Source of the DNA: Oscillospiraceae bacterium
GTDB taxonomy: Bacteria; Bacillota; Clostridia; Oscillospirales; Oscillospiraceae
DNA length: 64,000 nt
Assembly: GCA_020025675.1 (NCBI GenBank)
Contig: JAHHRS010000001.1
Coordinates: 4,812-68,811, forward strand
Direction of reading: 5' to 3'
Part shown: in pieces, positions 57,040 to 64,000 of the stretch
Layout of the letters: each line of letters begins with the position of its first letter
Numbering within the stretch: the first letter of the stretch is position 1
Notes under the pieces: model-generated
Database searches by the model: none
What the model was told of the DNA's origin: nothing
Seen by the model: only the letters and a program-made list of their open reading frames with translations
Translations under genes and position numbers: made by a program

Positions 57040-58386
57040 ATGGACGAGCTTTTGGGCAAAAAAATACCCTACTCTGCTCTTGCGGAGCAGGCGGTCATAG
57101 GCGCTATGTTCTTTGACCCCAACTGTATACCCGATGTACTGGAAATGCTCAGGGCAGATGAGTTTTATCTTAAACAAAACCGTGATATATATGATACCAT
57201 GTATACTATGTTTTCCTATGGGCAGAGAATAGACACGGTTACGGTTTTAGACCAGATGAAGGTCAGAGGCGTATACAGCGAGGACTGCGAAAAGTATATA
57301 GCCGAGATATTACAGGTCACTCCCACCGCTGCAGGCGTAAAAGAATACGCCGCAATTGTAAAGGATAAGGCACTTTTACGGCGTTTAGGCCAGACGGCGG
57401 ATGAGATTAACGAAATGGTCTATAACGGCACGGGCGAAGCCGAGGTCATGCTGGAAGCGGCAGAACGGAAAATATTTGCTCTCCGCCAGGGTCGGGACAT
57501 CGGCGGACTTATGCCGATTTCAGCCGTTGTGCAGAATGTATTTGACGATCTTTCAGAGGCAGCGGACTCCGGCTCAAAAATACCCGGTATATCTACCGGA
57601 TTGCCGGATTTGGACAGAATGATTCTGGGTCTCAATAAATCCGAACTTATACTTGTAGCAGCAAGACCCGGTATGGGAAAAACCAGTATTGCGCTGAATA
57701 TGGCTTTGTATGCGGCTATGAATCTGCATAAGACAGTAGCCATGTTTTCTCTCGAAATGTCAAGAGAACAGCTTGTTACAAGACTTTTATCAAGAGCGGC
57801 TCTCATACCGTCTCAAAACCTGCTTACAGGCCAGCTTTCGGAACAGCAGTGGGTGGACATCTCAAATGCTGCTCAGACTCTGAGCGCTACAAACATAAAA
57901 ATAGACGATAACCCCAGCCTTACCGTTTCCGATATGAATGCCCAGTGCCGCAGAGTGCAGGGATTAGACCTTGTGGTTATAGACTACCTGCAGCTTATGC
58001 AGTCTGCCGGCAGCGGTCACAGCTGGTCAAACGAGAGCCGAACTCAGGCTGTCAGTGATATAAGCCGTATGCTTAAAATTATGGCAAAGGAACTTAATGT
58101 GCCTGTAATATGCTTATCCCAGCTATCCCGAGCCAACGAATCCAGAACCGATAAACGGCCTATGCTTTCAGACCTCCGAGAATCAGGTGCAATAGAGCAG
58201 GATGCGGACGTTGTTATAGGTCTGTACCGTGATGGTTACTATAATAAGGAATGTGAAAATCCAAATCTTGCGGAGGCCATAATCCTTAAAAACCGTAAGG
58301 GCGCCACAGGAACCGTGGAGCTGGCCTGGCTGCCTGAATTTACAAGCTTCAGCTCATGCGAGAAACGGCACGAAGATGAATATTGA
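57040..58386 (+). CDS. dnaB: Replicative DNA helicase
   Basis: N-terminal DnaB domain (EQAVIGAM), Walker A ARPGMGKTS, Walker B VVIDYLQL, and SQLSR. Confidence 0.95.
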   Translation: MDELLGKKIPYSALAEQAVIGAMFFDPNCIPDVLEMLRADEFYLKQNRDIYDTMYTMFSYGQRIDTVTVLDQMKVRGVYSEDCEKYIAEILQVTPTAAGVKEYAAIVKDKALLRRLGQTADEINEMVYNGTGEAEVMLEAAERKIFALRQGRDIGGLMPISAVVQNVFDDLSEAADSGSKIPGISTGLPDLDRMILGLNKSELILVAARPGMGKTSIALNMALYAAMNLHKTVAMFSLEMSREQLVTRLLSRAALIPSQNLLTGQLSEQQWVDISNAAQTLSATNIKIDDNPSLTVSDMNAQCRRVQGLDLVVIDYLQLMQSAGSGHSWSNESRTQAVSDISRMLKIMAKELNVPVICLSQLSRANESRTDKRPMLSDLRESGAIEQDADVVIGLYRDGYYNKECENPNLAEAIILKNRKGATGTVELAWLPEFTSFSSCEKRHEDEY

Positions 58387-59695
58387 TATAATAGAAAAAT
58401 ATAATATGCTGCCAAAAGGTACAAGGCTTCTCTGCGCCGTTTCAGGCGGTGCAGACTCCATGTGCCTTTTAAAGCTTATGCTCTCAATGAGAGAAAAACT
58501 TGATATTTCCGTGTGTGCAGCACATTTTGAACACGGCATAAGAGGCCAGGAGTCCTTAAGGGATGCAAATTTTGTAGCTGATTGGTGCAAAGAAAATAAT
58601 GTTGAGCTTGTGCTTGAACACGGAAAAGCGGAGGCTTATGCAAAAGCTCATTCAATGGGGCTTGAGGAGGCAGCAAGAGTACTGCGTTACGATTTTTTAA
58701 ACAGAGCTGCGGAAAAGACCGGATGTACTAAGATTGCAACCGCTCATAATGCTGACGATAACGTGGAAACCATGCTGTTTAATCTTGCCCGCGGCACGGG
58801 AAGTCTGGGGCTTAGCGGTATTCCGCCGGTGAGAGGCAACATCATACGCCCTCTTTTGGGCTGCACGAGAGCCCAGATAGAACAATATCTCAGAGAAAAC
58901 AATGTTCCGCATGTAGAGGACAGCAGTAATGCTTCCGATGATTACAGCCGAAATATTATAAGGCACAGGGTTATGCCGGTACTGAGAGAAATAAACCCGG
59001 AAATTTCTGCGGCCGCAGGCAGAACAGCAGAGCTTCTCAGGGAAGATGAAAACTATCTCTCGGCGTCCGCAGAGAACTTTATAAGAAAAAATTATGACGG
59101 GGAAAGTCTTGAGGCTGAAAAGCTCCTGAACCTGCCACGGCCGGTTGCAGCAAGAGTTATAAGAAAATTATCAGAGAAAAATCTTTCATATAAAAATGTT
59201 CAGGATGTTTTAAATTTCTGCTCAGGTGAAGGTCTGGGATGGACTGATATTCCCGGACTTAGAATAAGACGAGAGTACGGCAGAATTTATTTTAAGGATG
59301 AAAATTGGGGCAAAATTGAGGAAAAAGAGATTGTGCCTGACAGCGAAATGATAATACCTGAGCTAGGACTTAAAATAAAGGCTTATTTATCGGTAAAAAC
59401 AGAAGAAATTAACGACTTGTTCAAAACTTATCTCTTCAAATATGCAAACATTTGTGGTAATATTATGCTCACCGGCCGAAAAAACGGCGACAGCATTACT
59501 CCATACGGTCGCAACTGCACCAAAAGCCTGAAAAAACTTTTTCTTGAGGCCGGATATACCCAGCGACAAAGAGACCTAACTCCGGTATTGAGAGATGATA
59601 AAGGCGTTTTGGCTGTATATGGTCTTGCAGTATCACAGCGAGTAAGGGCCCAAAAAGGAGATGAAGTTCTCCGAATTGAAATAGAGAGAATTTAA
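58376..59695 (+). CDS. tilS: tRNA(Ile)-lysidine synthetase
   Basis: PP-loop AVSGGADS and a TilS substrate-binding C-terminal domain. It overlaps dnaB by 11 nt. An alternative start at 58406 is possible. Confidence 0.9.
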   Translation: MNIDIIEKYNMLPKGTRLLCAVSGGADSMCLLKLMLSMREKLDISVCAAHFEHGIRGQESLRDANFVADWCKENNVELVLEHGKAEAYAKAHSMGLEEAARVLRYDFLNRAAEKTGCTKIATAHNADDNVETMLFNLARGTGSLGLSGIPPVRGNIIRPLLGCTRAQIEQYLRENNVPHVEDSSNASDDYSRNIIRHRVMPVLREINPEISAAAGRTAELLREDENYLSASAENFIRKNYDGESLEAEKLLNLPRPVAARVIRKLSEKNLSYKNVQDVLNFCSGEGLGWTDIPGLRIRREYGRIYFKDENWGKIEEKEIVPDSEMIIPELGLKIKAYLSVKTEEINDLFKTYLFKYANICGNIMLTGRKNGDSITPYGRNCTKSLKKLFLEAGYTQRQRDLTPVLRDDKGVLAVYGLAVSQRVRAQKGDEVLRIEIERI

Positions 59696-59712
59696 AAAGG
59701 GAGAAAAGGGAA

Positions 59713-60246
59713 ATGGAAAGAGATATTGAAAGCGTTCTTATATCCGCAGATGAGCTTGAAACCAAAGTGGCGGAAATGGGAAAGCAGATTTCAAAGGATT
59801 TTGCCGACAAGGAACCTATCTTTGTAGGCGTCCTAAAGGGCTGCTTTATTTTTATGGCTGATCTTATGCGTCATGTAAATATTAAATGTTCTATGGACTT
59901 TATGGCTGTTTCCTCTTACAGCGGCACCACTTCAACAGGCGCTGTTAAAATTAACAAGGATTTGAATGAAAATATAGAAGGCAAGCATATTATTATTGTG
60001 GAGGATATTCTGGACTCAGGAATTACTCTCAACTACCTTAAAAAATACCTTGAAGGCAGAAACCCTGCCTCTATTTCCATAGCTACCCTTATGGATAAGC
60101 CTGCAAGACGCAAGGCAGAAGTCTATGCAGATTATTCATGCTTTGAGATACCTGATGCCTTCGTTGTGGGCTATGGTCTTGACTACAACGAGCACTACCG
60201 CAACCTGCCTTATATAGGCGTTCTGAAACCGGAAATTTACGCATAA
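59713..60246 (+). CDS. hpt: Hypoxanthine phosphoribosyltransferase
   Basis: 177 aa, PRPP motif IIIVEDILDSGITL, and tilS-hpt-ftsH synteny. Confidence 0.93.
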   Translation: MERDIESVLISADELETKVAEMGKQISKDFADKEPIFVGVLKGCFIFMADLMRHVNIKCSMDFMAVSSYSGTTSTGAVKINKDLNENIEGKHIIIVEDILDSGITLNYLKKYLEGRNPASISIATLMDKPARRKAEVYADYSCFEIPDAFVVGYGLDYNEHYRNLPYIGVLKPEIYA

Positions 60247-60285
60247 ACCCCACTCGGGTATATATGAAAAGGATGTGACTACTGT

Positions 60286-62298
60286 TTGAATTCCAAACGC
60301 AACAGAACCCGTGACCTTGGCTTCTATGTGCTTATGATGGTTATTCTTATTGCCGTTGTTTTCACTATGACAAGAGACACAAACGTAAATGAAGTTAAAA
60401 GCTACTCTGAACTTGTGGATCTGTTCAAAGAGGAAAAGGTTCAGTCCTTCATTACGGAGGGCAACAAGATTATTTTATTGGTCAGAGGCGACAGTCAGGC
60501 TGAGCCGCCTCAGGAAATGACCTATGACCTTTACAGCTTTTCACTGTTCTTTGAGGATTTTAAGGACATTATTAAAGACCAGCATGATAGAGGTATAATT
60601 AAGGAATATGACTATACAGAAGGCTTTGTAATCCCCTGGTGGGCAAGCTTCCTGCCGTACCTGCTGATTATGGTTATCTTCATGGCATTGTGGTATGTCT
60701 TAATGAGCAAAGCCGGCGGCGGTGCAGGCGGCGTTGCAAAATTCAGCAAGGCACGCACAAAGCTTGGAAGTGAAGAGAAAAACAAAAAGACATTTAATGA
60801 TGTGGCCGGATGCGAGGAAGAAAAGGAAGAACTCATGGAGATTGTGGACTTCCTTAAAGATCCCAAAGCTTACACCGCTATGGGCGCCAGAATTCCTAAA
60901 GGCGTGCTGCTTGTAGGCCCTCCGGGAACAGGTAAGACACTGCTTGCAAAGGCTGTTGCAGGTGAGGCAAACGTTCAGTTCCTCTCAATCTCCGGCTCTG
61001 ACTTTGTTGAGCTGTATGTGGGTGTGGGTGCCGGACGTGTCCGTGACCTGTTCGAGCAGGCCAAAAAGCTGGCTCCTGCCATTGTATTTATAGATGAAAT
61101 TGATGCAGTGGGACGTCAGAGAGGCAGCGGTCTGGGCGGCGGTCATGATGAGCGCGAGCAGACATTGAACCAGCTGCTTGTTGAAATGGATGGCTTCGGA
61201 AACAATGAGGGCGTTATTGTTATGGCAGCTACCAACCGTGCCGATATTCTTGATAACGCACTGCTTCGTCCCGGTCGATTTGACCGTCAGATTTATGTGG
61301 GTATGCCCGATATAAGAGGCCGTGAGGCTATCCTTAAGATTCATGCCAGAGACAAGCACCTTGCCGATGATGTTGACCTCAACTCCATTGCAAAGGGAAC
61401 TCCCGGTTTTTCCGGTGCAGACCTTGAGAACCTTATGAATGAGGCGGCTCTGCTGGCTGTTCGCAGAAAACACCGCTTTATCACCATGGCAGATATTGAC
61501 GAGGCTATTCTGAAGGTGGAAATGGGCCCTGAGAAGAAGAGCCGCAAGATGAGTGATAAGGCAAGACGTCTTACCGCTTACCATGAGTCGGGACATGCTG
61601 TTGCAGGAAGATACCTTAAGCATGTAGACCCTGTACACTATATTACTATTGTCCCCAGAGGCCCGGCAGGCGGATTTACCCTCTTCAGACCTCAGGAGGA
61701 TATGGAAAACTTCCAGTCCAGAGCCGAAATGTTTGAGAACATCGTTATGAGCCTTGGCGGAAGAATTGCTGAAAAACTGTTTCTTGATGATATTTCCACC
61801 GGCGCTTCCGGTGATATTCAGCAGGCAACATCCATTGCCCGTGACATGGTTACAAAGTACGGCATGAGTGAAAAGCTGGGCCCCATAAGCTTCGACAGCT
61901 CCGACCACAGTATCTTTATAGGCCGTGACTTCGGTCAGACCAAGAGCTATTCAGAGGAGACTGCCGCCGTTATTGATGAAGAGGTTAAACTAATCTTCGA
62001 TAAGGCAACAGCTATGTGCGAGCAGATACTCACCGAACATGCAGACCAGCTTAAAGCCCTTGCGGAGTACCTGCTTGTAAACGAGACAATGGAAGCCGAT
62101 GAATTCAACTATTTCTTTGAACATGGCGAATTTATGCCTGATTACCTTAAAAAGGCTAAGAACGTAAAAAACGATGACAGCATCGAGCGTCCTGCCCGTC
62201 ACATTTCCATGGATGGCGGAGAAAAGGAAGAAAAGCCTGAGGTAAAGACAGAACAAATTCAAGAAACCTCTCAGACGGATCCTCCGGAGGAAAAATAA
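60286..62298 (+). CDS. ftsH: ATP-dependent zinc metalloprotease FtsH
   Basis: TTG start. Two TM helices, AAA Walker [12 protein letters not shown], and the zinc motif HESGHA. Confidence 0.95.
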   Translation: MNSKRNRTRDLGFYVLMMVILIAVVFTMTRDTNVNEVKSYSELVDLFKEEKVQSFITEGNKIILLVRGDSQAEPPQEMTYDLYSFSLFFEDFKDIIKDQHDRGIIKEYDYTEGFVIPWWASFLPYLLIMVIFMALWYVLMSKAGGGAGGVAKFSKARTKLGSEEKNKKTFNDVAGCEEEKEELMEIVDFLKDPKAYTAMGARIPKGVLLVGPPGTGKTLLAKAVAGEANVQFLSISGSDFVELYVGVGAGRVRDLFEQAKKLAPAIVFIDEIDAVGRQRGSGLGGGHDEREQTLNQLLVEMDGFGNNEGVIVMAATNRADILDNALLRPGRFDRQIYVGMPDIRGREAILKIHARDKHLADDVDLNSIAKGTPGFSGADLENLMNEAALLAVRRKHRFITMADIDEAILKVEMGPEKKSRKMSDKARRLTAYHESGHAVAGRYLKHVDPVHYITIVPRGPAGGFTLFRPQEDMENFQSRAEMFENIVMSLGGRIAEKLFLDDISTGASGDIQQATSIARDMVTKYGMSEKLGPISFDSSDHSIFIGRDFGQTKSYSEETAAVIDEEVKLIFDKATAMCEQILTEHADQLKALAEYLLVNETMEADEFNYFFEHGEFMPDYLKKAKNVKNDDSIERPARHISMDGGEKEEKPEVKTEQIQETSQTDPPEEK

Positions 62299-62376
62299 AA
62301 TATTTAAAACAAATGCGCTTTTAAGTAATTCTAAAAATTTAAACTGTGTATAGAGTTTAAATTAGTTAAGCTTCCG

Positions 62377-62416
62377 AAAGGGCTTGTTGTCTGCTATAGC
62401 AGGCCGCAAGCCCTTT
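62377..62416 (+). terminator. Hairpin terminator after ftsH
   Basis: AAAGGGCTTG (62377-62386) / CAAGCCCTTT (62407-62416) with an inner CTGCTA/TAGCAG stem. The U-tract is weak. Confidence 0.55.
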
Positions 62417-62474
62417 AATTATATTTATAAATGTTTCCCCTGCCTGCAAACCTGCCTTGTTAATTGCATAGGCA

Positions 62475-62503
62475 TTGAAAATTTAAATACTCTGTGATAA
62501 TAT
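62475..62503 (+). promoter_or_regulatory. Promoter of ychF
   Basis: TTGAAA (62475-62480), 17-nt spacer, extended -10 TGaTAATAT (TAATAT at 62498-62503). Confidence 0.6.
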
Positions 62504-62547
62504 ATAAAATTGTGAATTTATGAATAATAAAGGAGATTTGAAAATAA

Positions 62548-63639
62548 ATGAAATTAGGTATCGTAGGGCTTCCCAATGTGGGTAAATCCACACTCTTTAA
62601 TGCCATTACAAATGCCGGTGCCCAGTCTGCAAACTTTCCTTTCTGCACTATTGAACCCAACGTGGGCATGGTCACGGTTCCCGACTCCAGACTTGATTTT
62701 CTGACCCAAATATATGAGCCTAAAAAGCGCACTCCTGCTGTTATCGAATTTGTGGATATTGCGGGTCTTGTTAAGGGTGCATCCAAGGGCGAGGGGCTGG
62801 GCAACAAGTTTCTCGGCAATATAAGAGCTACCGATGCCATAGTTCATGTTGTTCGCTGCTTTGATGACGAGAACGTTATACATGTTGAAGGCGGCACTGA
62901 CCCTCAGCGTGATATTGATATAATTGATCTTGAGCTTATAATGTCAGATATGGAAATGGTTGAGCGCCGCATAGATAAGGCACAGAAGGCCGCCAAGGGT
63001 GATAAGAAGTTCCAGCATGAGGTTGAGGTATTTTCAGCCCTTCGTGAGCATCTTAACGAGGGCAGGAGCGCCAGAAGCTTTGCCTGTGACGACGATGATA
63101 TGGAACTTATTTCCACTGCTGATCTGTTAACCCTAAAGCCCATAATTTATGCCGCAAACATGGATGAAAGCGGTGTAGCAAACTACGAAAACAACCAATA
63201 CTACAAGACCGTACTTGAAATTGCCAAAGCTGAAAACGCTCTTGTTCTGCCTATCTGCGCCAAAATGGAAGAGGAAATGGCAGAGCTTGACGCAGATGAA
63301 AAGCTTATGTTTTTGGAGGAAATGGGACTTGAAGAATCCGGACTGGACAGAATGATAAAGTGCTCTTACGATCTGCTGGGACTTATTTCATTTCTTACCT
63401 GCGGTTCAGACGAATGCAGAGCGTGGACTATCAGAAAAGGTACTAAAGCTCCTCAGGCTGCGGGGAAAATACACTCCGACTTTGAACGTGGTTTTATCAG
63501 AGCTGAGATAGTGGCATTTGATGACCTTAAAAAATGCGGAAGTATGGCTGCGGCTAAGGAGAAAGGACTTGTACGTTCAGAGGGTAAGGACTATGTTATG
63601 CACGACGGAGATGTTACTCTGTTTAGATTCAACGTATAA
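62548..63639 (+). CDS. ychF: Ribosome-binding ATPase YchF
   Basis: MKLGIVGLPNVGKSTLFNA G1 motif and the TGS-like C-terminus (DGDV..FRFNV). Confidence 0.95.
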   Translation: MKLGIVGLPNVGKSTLFNAITNAGAQSANFPFCTIEPNVGMVTVPDSRLDFLTQIYEPKKRTPAVIEFVDIAGLVKGASKGEGLGNKFLGNIRATDAIVHVVRCFDDENVIHVEGGTDPQRDIDIIDLELIMSDMEMVERRIDKAQKAAKGDKKFQHEVEVFSALREHLNEGRSARSFACDDDDMELISTADLLTLKPIIYAANMDESGVANYENNQYYKTVLEIAKAENALVLPICAKMEEEMAELDADEKLMFLEEMGLEESGLDRMIKCSYDLLGLISFLTCGSDECRAWTIRKGTKAPQAAGKIHSDFERGFIRAEIVAFDDLKKCGSMAAAKEKGLVRSEGKDYVMHDGDVTLFRFNV

Positions 63640-63680
63640 TGAACAAATTTTAAATATTCCTTTTATACATCAGGATTATA

Positions 63681-63709
63681 TTGACGGCACAGGTAAAATA
63701 TGCTAATTT
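63681..63709 (+). promoter_or_regulatory. Promoter of the riboswitch-controlled transcript
   Basis: TTGACG (63681-63686), 17-nt spacer, extended -10 TGcTAATTT (TAATTT at 63704-63709). Confidence 0.55.
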
Positions 63710-63715
63710 ATAATT

Positions 63716-63848
63716 ACAAAAAGGGAGTAGCTTAGGCCCTGAAAAGGGCGCTGATATATCGTCAATACAAGTTTTTTACTTCGGTATATCGGATGCTTTA
63801 TGTATTTAGCAAGACTTTTACAGCCTTAGGGTCGTAAAAGTCTTTTTT
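63716..63848 (+). promoter_or_regulatory. yybP-ykoY (Mn2+) riboswitch with terminator expression platform
   Basis: The 5' conserved block is AAAAAGGGAGTAGC (63717-63731). Internal elements are GCCC/GGGC and GATATATCG/CGGTATATC helices, GTCAAT, and the ATGC-tttat-GTAT hairpin. The 3' conserved block is TTTAGCAAGAC (63806-63816). The P1 3' strand GACTTTT is shared with the terminator stem. Confidence 0.8.
63811..63848 (+). terminator. Riboswitch-controlled intrinsic terminator
   Basis: AAGACTTTTAC (63811-63821) / GTAAAAGTCTT (63834-63844), then TTTTTT to 63848. Confidence 0.8.
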
Positions 63849-63932
63849 ATTATTTGCTGTATGAGACAGCTCAAAAACTGTTTATAATATTAAAGCTTAG
63901 CTGCACCTAAGTGAAAGGGGTAATTCACTGCC

Positions 63933-64000
63933 ATGAAATTCTATTGCGAAGAAAAAGAAAGACTGTTAACTGAACTTAATACCTCACAGGAGGGACTGAG
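63933..64000 (+). CDS. P-type cation-transporting ATPase, N-terminal fragment (3'-truncated by window edge)
   Basis: MKFYCEEKERLLTELNTSQEGL matches the Cation_ATPase_N start pattern (..L.T....GLS). GAAAGGGG RBS upstream. Only 22 codons are visible. Confidence 0.5.
   Translation, partial: MKFYCEEKERLLTELNTSQEGL

Noticed and set aside
1-64000. Searched by eye for CRISPR arrays, rRNA, IS elements, integrases, phage genes, toxin-antitoxin pairs and defence-system signatures.
   Set aside because: None were seen. There is no regularly spaced direct repeat array and no transposase or recombinase-like ORF. Gene content and synteny are those of a conserved housekeeping region.

Overview
The window looks like a core chromosomal segment of a Bacillota (Firmicutes) genome. 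Gene content and about 45-48% GC suggest class Clostridia, probably Oscillospiraceae/Ruminococcaceae-like, but that is inference only. Coding density is high and the content is almost entirely housekeeping.

Gene content in order:
- murC (3' part), metNIQ methionine ABC importer
- ymdB plus an SbcD/SbcC-like (yhaO/yhaN-like) operon
- tRNA-Arg(ACG), tex, two degV paralogues, hemolysin-III family protein
- a three-gene envelope operon: beta-lactamase-like hydrolase, phosphodiester glycosidase, divergent Lgt-like protein
- LysM/GH18-like protein, pepF, DnaD-like and DnaI-like replication loaders, U32 peptidase
- maf-mreC-mreD-PBP2 and an MgsA-like protein
- hisS-aspS, comM/yifB, thiI, cinA
- a YtrA-type GntR plus ABC exporter module, htrA, a phosphoribosyltransferase, tadA, pta
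- an XRE regulator coupled to lepA, an OmpR/HK two-component pair, LUD and cupin proteins, a sugar nucleotidyltransferase
- gdpP-rplI-dnaB, tilS-hpt-ftsH, ychF, and the first codons of a P-type ATPase

I saw no CRISPR array, rRNA, transposase, integrase, prophage or obvious defence island.

Two signals are missed by the ORF track:
1. A 34-codon leader ORF at 1194-1298 in which 10 of 14 consecutive codons are AUG. It has a consensus promoter and is followed by a strong intrinsic terminator immediately upstream of metNIQ. This is a candidate methionine-sensing leader-peptide attenuator, where an S-box or T-box would normally be expected.
2. A yybP-ykoY (Mn2+) riboswitch with its expression-platform terminator at 63716-63848, upstream of the P-type ATPase.

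Secondary observations are several apparent pseudo-enzymes (MgsA-like, Lgt-like and E2-acyltransferase-like proteins with substituted catalytic residues), unusual operon couplings (ymdB-yhaO-yhaN, XRE-lepA) and a few structured intergenic regions.

All family calls come from motif and sequence recognition by eye. No database search was run.
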